Source: a virus
Length of the DNA: 64,000 nt
Virus record (IMG/VR): IMGVR_UViG_3300002920_000062
Location: 6,123 to 70,122 of that record
Direction: 5' to 3' (one strand)
Both the position numbers and the translations under genes were made by a program. Positions 30,279 to 39,254 of this stretch are shown piece by piece; position 1 is the stretch's first letter; the number at the start of each line of letters is the position of its first letter. The notes under the pieces were generated by a model. It was given only the letters and a program-made list of their open reading frames with translations, did not search any database and was not told the DNA's origin.

Positions 30279-30353
30279 TGGTACGCCCGGCAGGATTCGA
30301 ACCTGCATAACCCCGTTATGAGCGGGGGGCCTTAACCGTTAGACGACAGGCGC
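30279..30353 (-). tRNA. tRNA(CAT), probably Ile2 (copy 2)
   Basis: Identical to 23523..23597 except the first nucleotide. Confidence 0.85.
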
Positions 30354-30494
30354 GTTTTTTATCTTTGTTGATAAATTTATAACACTAATCTTATAGACAC
30401 CTAGACAATAACTTAAATTTTGATAGTAGCATGACGATCAATGTAGTTTGTCTTAAATAGCAAACTTGATACTTTGTGTCAACTAAAAAAACAG

Positions 30495-30565
30495 TGCCCT
30501 GTGAGAGAATCGAACTCCCATTACCGCCTTACGAAGGCATTGTACTACCATTATACTAACAGGGC
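30495..30565 (-). tRNA. tRNA-Thr(CGT)
   Basis: GCCCTGT/ACAGGGC acceptor; TTCGTAA loop; no encoded CCA. Confidence 0.75.
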
Positions 30566-30919
30566 TTATTGCCTATCTTCGTTAGATGTATGCCATTGTC
30601 CATAGAAGCAGTGCATAAATTCATGCCCGTACCATTCAGGTTCATATGAAACTTTGGGGGACATGATATGCACAGTGCACGTATTATCAGTTGGATCTAC
30701 TGGTATCAGTGTAAATGCAGCAAGGTTGGGGTTATTAACACCTGCCTTTTTTCCTGCTTCTAAAAATAATTTTTTGTTATCATATGTGACTATTTTTATT
30801 TTCACCTCTGATTTTTCGAACAAAGGCTTACCAAACGTATAGCTGTCTGCCCCAGTCTTTGATGCACCGTCACAAGCTGCCAGTGCAACAAGTGAAAGAG
30901 CTAATAGAATTTTTCTCAT
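30566..30919 (-). CDS. Lipoprotein with HExxH motif
   Basis: LAAC lipobox; GHEFMHC. Confidence 0.75.
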   Translation of the reverse strand: MRKILLALSLVALAACDGASKTGADSYTFGKPLFEKSEVKIKIVTYDNKKLFLEAGKKAGVNNPNLAAFTLIPVDPTDNTCTVHIMSPKVSYEPEWYGHEFMHCFYGQWHTSNEDRQ

Positions 30920-30991
30920 AGATTAGAACCCTTCAATAAATTGGAGTCTTATCATGATGATAACCAAATAAAGCTACATTAGCCCATGGAA

Positions 30992-31213
30992 TTATTTAGT
31001 TGTGGTGATCGGAAGTATGGGTTCAATTTCAGTAGTTGCCTGTGTTCTAAAAATAATAGCCAATATACCGAGAACAGCCATGATTATTTCCTCTATAATT
31101 CCTTCTTGAATTTCTTCAGGAATTACACCAAAACCCTTTAGAATAGCTAGTATTGATGTTGCTAGACCTACCCAAATAGTTCTGGACATCCACCATGGTT
31201 TAGTCTCTGTCAT
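30992..31213 (-). CDS. Two-TM membrane protein (holin-like)
   Basis: KPWWMSRTIW followed by two hydrophobic helices. Confidence 0.65.
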   Translation of the reverse strand: MTETKPWWMSRTIWVGLATSILAILKGFGVIPEEIQEGIIEEIIMAVLGILAIIFRTQATTEIEPILPITTTK

Positions 31214-31469
31214 GATATTTCTCCTTTATGCCAATTATTCTGGCACAAGTATTTATCATATTTAGTGATAATTTAAGATAGATAGTAGGGGCAAAGAGTC
31301 TAGGACCTTAATTAATTACATGTAAAATTGTTTGAAAAACATATAAACACCAGAATAGTTAGTGTAAGAATTAGTCACTTCTGCCAATCTGTTTATATTC
31401 AAGATTGACCTATGTCAGAAAAGGTTAGGAAAAAGATAAAAGTCAGGTCAAATTATAAAAGAGTATGAT

Positions 31470-31546
31470 TGGTAGCGATAGAGAGATTCGAACTCTCACT
31501 GAACAGATTTTGAATCTGCTGCCTCTTCCAATTGGGCTATATCGCC
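31470..31546 (-). tRNA. tRNA-Leu(CAA), short variable arm
   Basis: GCAGA-TTCAAAA-TCTGT; CCA. Confidence 0.88.
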
Positions 31547-31554
31547 AAAGTATC

Positions 31555-31688
31555 GGTTCAGCAGTTCGGGTTCTATCGTTAATGGACCCTCATAGTGTGC
31601 CTTGAAGCAGAGTTGCGCACCTCGTACTTCTTCCGATCATTGGGACAGCAGAAAACTTAGATGAATGTCTAAGCTACTCTGCTAAACT
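31555..31688 (-). ncRNA. Candidate ~135-nt structured RNA after TATAAATA promoter
   Basis: GUUUAGCAG/CUGCUGAAC terminal helix; GCUUAGA/UCUAAGU hairpin. Confidence 0.4.
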
Positions 31689-31828
31689 ATTTATACTAAA
31701 AAATATAATGATAAACTTTATTTGTGGTAAATGTAATGAGATTTTAAAACAAAAATCCCAATTTTCTAGAAAATATAAAAATTGCCAAATTCTAGAAAGT
31801 AAACGTAACCGTGTGTGTTTAATATTGC

Positions 31829-31906
31829 TGGTGGGGCTACCCGGACTCGAACCGGGACAACTTTTCGGCCTAAACGAAACGACTTTACCAATTTGCCCAT
31901 AGCCCC
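31829..31906 (-). tRNA. tRNA-Leu(TAG), short variable arm
   Basis: TTTCG-TTTAGGC-CGAAA; CCA. Confidence 0.88.
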
Positions 31907-32103
31907 AATAATCAAGATTTATTTTGTTATACCCACACAAAACTGTTTACGAGAATCCTGTCAAGATTCAAACCCGAGCTAGGAATGCCACCGAAACTGG
32001 GATGGCTTACCGTCTTGCCTCTCACATCTACAGGGTTCACATAACGATGTTTGCCGGAACTTGTATACTTTAAGTCTTATATCACTACAAGAGTAGCAAT
32101 TTC

Positions 32104-32191
32104 TGGCGGAACATGATAGCATCGAACTATTAACCCAAATGAGTTACTACTGATTTCGAGTCAGTTTGAGGAGCCAACCTCAGCATGTTCC
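32104..32191 (-). tRNA. tRNA-Ser(CGA) with 8/4 acceptor/T-stem
   Basis: GGAACATG/CATGTTCC 8 bp; ATAG/CTAT 4-bp T stem; long variable arm; GCCA. Confidence 0.8.
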
Positions 32192-32254
32192 TGTAATATT
32201 TACTATATTTAAGGCAGCATTTTTGTGTACTGCCACCTTGTAAACACATACTAG

Positions 32255-33004
32255 TTATTTACTTGCTAATTTTGGACGATAATTTGGCCAGTTAAGAACT
32301 CCCAGAATATGAGCAATAGCCCTATATTTCTGTTCTCTATCTTCTAGACCTTTGAGACCTTTGTTAATAGGCTTGGTTACTGTGGCAGTATCACTATAGT
32401 CACTTACTCTAGGCTGTACCCTATTCTTCCAGAACCAGATAGCTACCTTGGCAGCAACATCTGGACGTTCAACTAATTCTGGATGTTCTTCTAAGGGAAG
32501 CCCTATTGCTTTGCCTGCTTTAGCATAGTTATCTCTGCCGGTTAGCTGAATAAATCCCCTGCCGCGATATTTGTATCCATCTCCGGGTTTTATGTTACCT
32601 AGCTCATTGGCTTTTTTGGGGTTGTGCTCTATATCATATCTTTTGAAGTATTCTTCATTGCCCAACTCTTCCATATACTGGAAATTTAATGTCTCGTGAG
32701 CACATTGTGCCAAAAACTGTGATAGCTGTCTACCTTTCATGCCCGCTGCTCTTGCTTGGTTTACTAAAGCTTTGCCAATCTTAGTGTCCAACAGCTTCAT
32801 CATTTTACGAACCTCAGAAGGATCAGCTTTAATCTTATTAGCATTAAGCTCTTGCTCTATTTGGTCCATACTTTTAATGTTTCCAGGGGCGTGTACTGCC
32901 TTGTAGGCTAGATTTCCTGTTGCTGCAAGAGCAAGAGCAGCCATAGTACCTTTTGTCCACTTAGAAAAATCTTCGTCTAGGGGTTCAAATTCATAACTTC
33001 GCAT
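32255..33004 (-). CDS. Glycoside hydrolase family 19 lysozyme/endolysin
   Basis: FLAQCAHET, YRGRGFIQLTGRDNY; likely start MRSYEF at 33004 after TAAATA. Confidence 0.92.
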   Translation of the reverse strand: MRSYEFEPLDEDFSKWTKGTMAALALAATGNLAYKAVHAPGNIKSMDQIEQELNANKIKADPSEVRKMMKLLDTKIGKALVNQARAAGMKGRQLSQFLAQCAHETLNFQYMEELGNEEYFKRYDIEHNPKKANELGNIKPGDGYKYRGRGFIQLTGRDNYAKAGKAIGLPLEEHPELVERPDVAAKVAIWFWKNRVQPRVSDYSDTATVTKPINKGLKGLEDREQKYRAIAHILGVLNWPNYRPKLASK

Positions 33005-33225
33005 AATATATTTATACAACCCGAATATAAAATAGAAAACCAAAATCCGTGGCGAGAAACCTGAACATTGTTCAGGAAAAATTCATGCGTAAACTGGCGC
33101 CCCCTATTATTTTTCTTCATGCTTTTTCCCATCATTGGACGAAAGGACGCATTGTAGGGGACATAAACTCTGGGGTAACTGCAACATTTTTCGTCACTTT
33201 AAAGTATATGCTAGTCACCAAAAAA

Positions 33226-33411
33226 TCATAATCCTAAAAAATGTGTAAGAATATAGAAGGGCCAAACTTTCTCCCAAAGGAAATGTTCTATAGGAAAACT
33301 AATTGTGACCCCTACCCAAAAGCGATAATCTGTTAAAAGATTAGTGCAATGATTAAAGCACTTTACCAACAAACCGGTTTTTTCATCCTTGTGAAAATGT
33401 TCATCAGACAT
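33226..33411 (-). CDS. Small membrane protein
   Basis: 61 aa with RBS; FPIEHFLWEK motif. Confidence 0.6.
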   Translation of the reverse strand: MSDEHFHKDEKTGLLVKCFNHCTNLLTDYRFWVGVTISFPIEHFLWEKVWPFYILTHFLGL

Positions 33412-33905
33412 GATTATCCTTTTATATTAAATTTGGTGAACGATATAGGTACTGCTCTTATTTACTTTTAAACTAAAGGACCTCTGTTCTTTGTTTCTCA
33501 GTAGTAATTACGATCTGCCTTCTCTACCATGTCAAAGTAGCGTTCTTATACTAGCGAACTAACTGGACATTAATTCTTTTCTTCTACTGCGACGTCTTTA
33601 TGAATTGTTTCGATAAATCCCGAGTCATGTTTTAGTAAGTAAGTTTCACCTACTACACCAATGATAGTTCCTACAGACTTCTTTCCCGTTTTTTCACAGA
33701 CGAAACAATAGGTCCGTTCACCAATTGAAAGCATAATAAGATTCCTTGTTAATAAAAGGTGCTTCCAAGAAGTACTAGCCCTCTGTCTCAACATATGTCG
33801 TGACAATACTTTTATACTATGGAAGCTTACATCATAATTATTATATTGTTTTTGGCTTCAATTTAAAGGAAGTTCTCTTGCCCATACTACAGAAACCTTA
33901 AGTCC

Positions 33906-33981
33906 TGGATGCCCCGCCTGGGCTCGAACCAGGAACCTTTTGATTCAAAGTCAAACATGCTGCCAATTGCACCACGGGGCA
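33906..33981 (-). tRNA. tRNA-Gln(TTG)
   Basis: TTTGA-CTTTGAA-TCAAA; CCA. Confidence 0.92.
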
Positions 33982-34251
33982 TTAAATTTTTGTATTATAC
34001 TCGGGAAGTTAAAATAGTTAAAGAGGCTAAAACAGACTTTCCCTGTAAAAGTTTCTAGCTTTTAAAAACTATCAGTAAGTGCGTTTCCAGATTGACAATC
34101 TGGTGCTGTTTTCATTGTTGATAGTTTATGTTAAACATGTTTTCTTATCCAAGACATTTGTTGCTTTTTTGGGTTTGTTCTTTTTGTGTTATTGACTTTT
34201 CTTTTTCAGAAAAAGTATATAATTGATTTTTCCCACAAGTCAAGTAATATT

Positions 34252-34484
34252 TGGAAATCACGCCTTGCCCAGCTTAAAGCCAGTAGTCCGTCTGTGCTAA
34301 TAGAACTCATCTATCAGCGGGAAGTAGTTTTTAGCTCTTCCCAACGGAGGTATCCGCGTGTCAGTCCACATTCACCTTCACACAGTGGAGTTCACCGTGC
34401 GCTAAGCTACCCTTTTTCTGATATTTCTATCAGACGCGCCTTTCGGGGCACCTAGTCTAGCTAGGGGGTCGATGGACTCAACCC
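34252..34484 (-). ncRNA. Unannotated ~230-nt multi-hairpin RNA at head of tRNA array
   Basis: GC-rich island with at least seven hairpins/helices; ends ..UUUCCA; no ORF in sense orientation. Confidence 0.6.
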
Positions 34485-34495
34485 ATTTATAATTT

Positions 34496-34526
34496 AAAAA
34501 CCCTGAAAATCTTTCGATTTTCAGGG
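34496..34526 (-). terminator. Intrinsic terminator (attenuator)
   Basis: CCCUGAAAAUC-GAAA-GAUUUUCAGGG-UUUUU. Confidence 0.85.
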
Positions 34527-34573
34527 ACTAATACAAACATATATTTCTATTTTCTATGTTTACATTAGTCCCC
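34523..34573 (-). promoter_or_regulatory. Antiterminator helix overlapping leader stop codon and terminator base
   Basis: GGGGACUAAUGUAAACAUA pairs with UAUGUUUGUAUUAGUCCCU (19 bp, 3 G-U). Confidence 0.75.
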
Positions 34574-34696
34574 GATATCCCATTCAAATATATTAATGAA
34601 ACTTGGGGTTCTTAGAGTATATATGCCCGCACGTAATACCAGAGTGGGCACTCTTGATTGTACGTGTTGTTTGCATATGTTCGTTATCATAGTCAT
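34565..34696 (-). CDS. Putative attenuator leader peptide (43 aa)
   Basis: MTMITNICKQHVQSRVPTLVLRAGIYTLRTPSFINIFEWDIGD*; ATG 6 nt after TAAATA (34703-34708). Confidence 0.6.
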   Translation of the reverse strand: MTMITNICKQHVQSRVPTLVLRAGIYTLRTPSFINIFEWDIGD

Positions 34697-34775
34697 ATAA
34701 CGTATTTAGTCCTGATATTCAAAGAGTATTTTTTAGCTGATTTTTTCAATTTTTATCTCAGCGTCTATATGTTTA

Positions 34776-34804
34776 ACTATATAACAATGTTTCTTATATG
34801 TCAA
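34776..34804 (-). promoter_or_regulatory. Sigma70-type promoter upstream of leader
   Basis: TTGACA-N17-TATAGT. Confidence 0.7.
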
Positions 34805-35167
34805 CTATTATTTTCACAGACCGGATGATTTACTATTGCAATCTTTTGCGTGTAGTAAAAATCAAGTTCCATCTATAATTCTAACAGGTGATAGCCCATC
34901 CTTCTAGAAACCAGAATCCTTACAAATACTGAATAAATATCTTGAATAAATTATATTCTATTTGTAAACTTCATCTTGAAGAACCCCGAATGCTAGGCGA
35001 AGCATTACCTCTTCGACATACTTGGGGGTCAGTTTTACTCCCCAGCTAGTGGTATGGGTATACTCGCTGCCGCGAGGATAAACAGTGCGAACCGCATTTC
35101 CTAGGTCAACAAGAGTATATGCTTCTTTCCGCCGATATAAATTTCGATACCCTTTGCAGTGGCCTTC

Positions 35168-35817
35168 TTACTGATACCACATGCTTTGATAACTGCCTGG
35201 TAGTCCATCTACTGTCTCCTTGTTAATAATCTCTTGCAGCCCCAAAATATTCCCAGCTTCTCTCAGTGATTCCCGCAAGACCAACTTTCTTTTGGCATCC
35301 TGTTCCTGCTTAATCAAGCTAGCAATACTAGCCATTTCAGCAAGAGCAACCGGAAAGGATAAGTCATTCATCAAAGCGTTTTCTACCCTAAAGAGACAAT
35401 AGCAGAGACCGCCACGGCATCAGTTTTTTCACCAAACACATTATATAGCCGATTGAGTCGCATAGTGGCCTGAGATACTGCATTTTCCGACCAAGCAGCA
35501 GACTGGCGATATTGTGCATTGAGCAACACCAAACGATCTGTTTCTGCTGGATAAAGTTTAAGAGCATCCCTCACAGTGAGCATACTGCCAGTTGACTTAG
35601 ATATTTTTTGTCCGTCTACTGTAACCATACCGTTATGCATCCAAATGCTTGCGTATTTGTTACCGCCGTGTGCGCAGTTACCTTGAGCAATTTCATATTC
35701 TTCGCCGGTCTTAGAAATCCAAGCCCATCCTTCTAGAGCTTCTTTGGCAAAAATAATAATTTGATCTACAGTCCATCCTTGCCAGATAGCCGTATCATAT
35801 ATTTCCTCTTGTGTCAT
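35168..35817 (-). pseudogene. cysS: Cysteinyl-tRNA synthetase C-terminal fragment, frameshifted and fused to unrelated N-terminus
   Basis: EIAQGNCAHG..WMHNGMVTVDGQKISKS..YRQ then VENALMNDLS (DALR-like) in the next frame. Confidence 0.8.
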
Positions 35818-35976
35818 ACTTTGGATAAATACCTGTGAATAATTCAGTCTTAAAAAGAGTCACCGTATAATGAATAGCAACTGCGCCAGTTTCATTAACA
35901 GCAAAGAGAACATGGCAGCTTTGACTGAACCCTGATTGGCCCTCACAAACCAATTATATCATACCCTGAGATTTTA

Positions 35977-36225
35977 TTAATCTTGTACAACTTGGTCTCC
36001 ATATTTCAACATAAAGAGCAAATATTCTTTTTCATTATCAAAGAAAACCTTTTTTTCAAATCCATATACCATAGCGGCATTAAATTTTTCTTTACAAAAC
36101 ATATCAAGACCATTCCACCAATGATGGTTATAGGTCTTAAATCTACAAGACTCTGGAGTGCGCTCATACTCGTCAATAAGAGATTGGTATAGTTTCTCGC
36201 TTATTACAGCCGTGAAGTAGTCCAA
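35977..36225 (-). CDS. Small hypothetical protein (FxxE..FxLKY/W family)
   Basis: C-terminal FFDNEKEYLLFMLKYG. Confidence 0.6.
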   Translation of the reverse strand: MDYFTAVISEKLYQSLIDEYERTPESCRFKTYNHHWWNGLDMFCKEKFNAAMVYGFEKKVFFDNEKEYLLFMLKYGDQVVQD

Positions 36226-36448
36226 TGTATTTCCTCCCTGATATTGTCAGGATATTTAAGCTTGAACAATACAAATATTTTCTTGTTAAAAATACAAAAT
36301 ATCCCTATACTGTCATCATGCACATAATTTCTACAGAACCTACGTATTTTATGGAATATGTGAGGGTCATAAATAACAACAGTTGTATCAGTTGTCCCGT
36401 AAAACTCTTAAAGTACCTTGTTGAAGAACTTCGGATACATTCTTACCT

Positions 36449-36697
36449 TCATGTATATAATTTACCTGCCAATCCACAATATCCATGTTCGCCCTCATAT
36501 TCTGGGATTTCCTTGCCGAAAGTAAACAAGTCTGTTACCGGGTCTTTTATCCAACGCCATGCCATACAGTTGCTTGCTATACATCTTGAGGGGCCGGCCG
36601 CTGCTGTAGTTTCAGTTCGGTTATAAGCGCCGTTAGATGAATATACTCTGCCAAATGGGCACCACTTTGTTTTAGCTTCTTCTTCTGTCATAATCAT
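36449..36697 (-). CDS. Cys-rich small hypothetical protein
   Basis: AKTKWCPF..CIASNCMAWRW..GYCGLAG. Confidence 0.7.
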   Translation of the reverse strand: MIMTEEEAKTKWCPFGRVYSSNGAYNRTETTAAAGPSRCIASNCMAWRWIKDPVTDLFTFGKEIPEYEGEHGYCGLAGKLYT

Positions 36698-36794
36698 ATT
36701 ATATCATACTGAAATAAACTACACAAGTTAAAAAACAATATCTTGCACGGCAGGTTCATCGTATTTACCAATTTTGCTATAAGTCATTTTTAAA

Positions 36795-37013
36795 TCATAA
36801 CCACATCAGCGAGAAAAATACTGCCTTACTGGCATCTTCAATTATCATTAGCCATCTACGCAATTTTGGTTCCCAAATTAGTTTCCACCCCTCTCCTTCA
36901 TCGTAGTTGATAAACTTGCCTATGTTATGATCCATCCATTGATTTGATTCTTCTATTGTCAAATCATCAATAAATGAACTGCTAGTAACATCTAAAATAG
37001 TCATGAATATCAC
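36795..37013 (-). CDS. Small hypothetical protein (FxxE..FxLKY/W family)
   Basis: C-terminal IEDASKAVFFSLMWL. Confidence 0.55.
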   Translation of the reverse strand: MIFMTILDVTSSSFIDDLTIEESNQWMDHNIGKFINYDEGEGWKLIWEPKLRRWLMIIEDASKAVFFSLMWL

Positions 37014-37619
37014 AGTATAGCCGTTGTGTATAATTTACGGTCGACCACACAAAAATTCTGCCAAAATGGATAGTCGTTGTCGTTGATGTTTCCTATATTT
37101 GTAGCAAGAATACTGTTCAAATTCTTCACCCAGCAAAGAAGCATCTGGCTCTTTATTAAGCCTAAAATTTTCTTCAAACGAAAAATATATGCGGTCAAAC
37201 ATACCTTTTTCAAGTAAAGTTGCATATTATGCATGACCAACATAAAAAACATCATATCTTTCTCGTTTGTGAATATAATTATATTATGGTCGTAATGAAA
37301 CTTAACCGAAATACCTTATCTTCACACTATTCAACAGCTTCTAATACAGCATCTATTGTTGGCCGGATATTTTGGTCAGGGTTATTATAGACAAGTCCAT
37401 ATTCTATGCGAGGATGAATGCACCACATATTACAAATACTTTATTACGAAGAATGCTGCTTGCTGTTCAGTTTCAAAATGCAGGTAATTACCATTATCAA
37501 CCGCACCTTATTACCTAAGTATGTTGTTTCTATGTTCAATGTAGAATTGACTCATCAGTGAAGTATCGGAGCCATCAAGAAAAATTGGCTACCGGCTTTG
37601 CACTAGCCCGTCTTTATCT

Positions 37620-38003
37620 CTAAAATGTAATTTCATCTTGATGTTTACAAGATTTCCGGTAGGCCCACCCGGGACATGTACATGATACCTTGCCATCAAT
37701 TTTAGTGACAACATAAGTCTGGCCTTTGCTACCGGTTACAGTCTTTGTAACAGGCATGAAAAAAGCTGCCGGCAGGTCAACCTGCTCTGAATTAACTGAT
37801 ACGATAGCCGCTCTACTGATACGACGGATAGGGAAATTTGGGTCATCCGTAGTCAATCCTACATCACCATTGAAATGAGAAACATTGACTACTGTGCCGG
37901 TATACTCTTCGTATTCAGGACCAACATACTTGTTGGCAAACCTATCACGCGATTCATATAATGGGTTGCGCACCTTCAAAGTTACTGTTTGTCCCTGTTT
38001 CAT
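37620..38003 (-). CDS. SWIM zinc-finger protein
   Basis: GSKGQTYVV..CTCPG..CKH. Confidence 0.8.
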   Translation of the reverse strand: MKQGQTVTLKVRNPLYESRDRFANKYVGPEYEEYTGTVVNVSHFNGDVGLTTDDPNFPIRRISRAAIVSVNSEQVDLPAAFFMPVTKTVTGSKGQTYVVTKIDGKVSCTCPGWAYRKSCKHQDEITF

Positions 38004-38113
38004 ATCACTTCTTTCCGAAATATATTTTCAAGAATTACCCTTCGTGATGAGAAGATTTGTTAAATAAAAATGACACTATACTATTTTTAGCGTAATAACA
38101 AATATTTTATCGG

Positions 38114-38803
38114 CTAAACGGGGAACGAAATAAACGGTCTTCCATAATCAATAGAAAGCATATTTCTATCTTCCTTAAGCTCAGCCAGAAACCTAAGCTT
38201 GGTAAGCCCGGGCCAATCGCTTTCAAAAAGTTTAACGTCATAACGGTAGCGATTGTCACCAACAAGGCCTACGGCAACACCACCTGTGCTAGTATGAATA
38301 CCGAGCCTAGCCATTGCTATAGAATACTTGCTAATTTTGTGACTAGTATAAAACTCAATTCTGCCAGTCCAACCGGGATAACCACGAGGACGCCCGTCAG
38401 AGGACTCTACACTGTCCCAGCATGTAACCCCATCCCTAGGGCAGCAATGAGTGTTATTGATTTTGTCTCTATAAGTAAGCCTGAGATGAGTAATCTTGAT
38501 CCAAAACTTATTTCGGTCTTCATACGAGATATTACAGGTAGGATAATTCGGAACACCGTTCGGGAACATAGTGTCAAAGACAAACTCAGGATGAGTTTCG
38601 ATCCATTCAATAATCTTCTCAAACGAGTACTGGTTGATAAGCTCGTTGAACATTTTATCACGGGTACTGTAACGAATGGTAAGGAGGCGGTCAGCGCGAA
38701 GCCGCCTAAGATGTTCGACGTAACTAGCCTTTGTATCAAATACCTTCTTGGTCCAAGGACACTGATAAGCACTGGTAGTCTTTTTGTCATTTACCAGAAT
38801 CAT
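38114..38803 (-). CDS. Hypothetical protein
   Basis: 229-aa ORF. Confidence 0.7.
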   Translation of the reverse strand: MILVNDKKTTSAYQCPWTKKVFDTKASYVEHLRRLRADRLLTIRYSTRDKMFNELINQYSFEKIIEWIETHPEFVFDTMFPNGVPNYPTCNISYEDRNKFWIKITHLRLTYRDKINNTHCCPRDGVTCWDSVESSDGRPRGYPGWTGRIEFYTSHKISKYSIAMARLGIHTSTGGVAVGLVGDNRYRYDVKLFESDWPGLTKLRFLAELKEDRNMLSIDYGRPFISFPV

Positions 38804-38857
38804 TATACCCTCAAAAATAAATTTCAGGCTTTTTGATAATTTCTTTATTAATCAATA

Positions 38858-39142
38858 TTATCCCACCACGCGATCAATAACATTCACCAAGTCTTCGGCA
38901 AACACACCCGTGATGTTCTTGTCCGTCTTGATATTTACGTTGCGAATGCGGAAAAATTCGATATCGTAAAGGTCAGTACCTTCGTTATAACGAATATACA
39001 CGTAACCCTTCCACTTAACCATACCCGAAGTCTTGAACTTCAAGCCGTCGCCCATAAAGATAAATTCCTTGGCGCCCCAAGCAAGAGTAGCCCTGGGGTC
39101 GATTGTCTTGATTTGAGACAAAATAGTTTGTGCAACGGTCAT
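38858..39142 (-). CDS. Conserved early hypothetical protein
   Basis: VAQTILSQI..DLYDIEF; upstream early promoter and RBS. Confidence 0.75.
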   Translation of the reverse strand: MTVAQTILSQIKTIDPRATLAWGAKEFIFMGDGLKFKTSGMVKWKGYVYIRYNEGTDLYDIEFFRIRNVNIKTDKNITGVFAEDLVNVIDRVVG

Positions 39143-39254
39143 ATCAATGTTTCCTTGCTATAGTCTTTTATGACATTTTGGGTATATCGTGTCAACCGTT
39201 TTAATGGTTAAAGCGTAAAAGTATCATTACCGAAGCTGTAACTTCAATGACACA

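Noticed and set aside
30121-33460. Additional tRNAs at ~30121, ~31950 and ~33435 (also ~13005)
   Set aside because: Only T-arm or 3'-end remnants; no foldable cloverleaf
34252-34484. tmRNA or RNase P RNA
   Set aside because: No T arm/acceptor 3' end or tag reading frame; no RNase P GAGGAAAGUCC core
34957-35210. GC-richer segment as ncRNA
   Set aside because: Translates as a frameshifted small CDS (MDYQAVIKACG..) with an AAGGAG RBS
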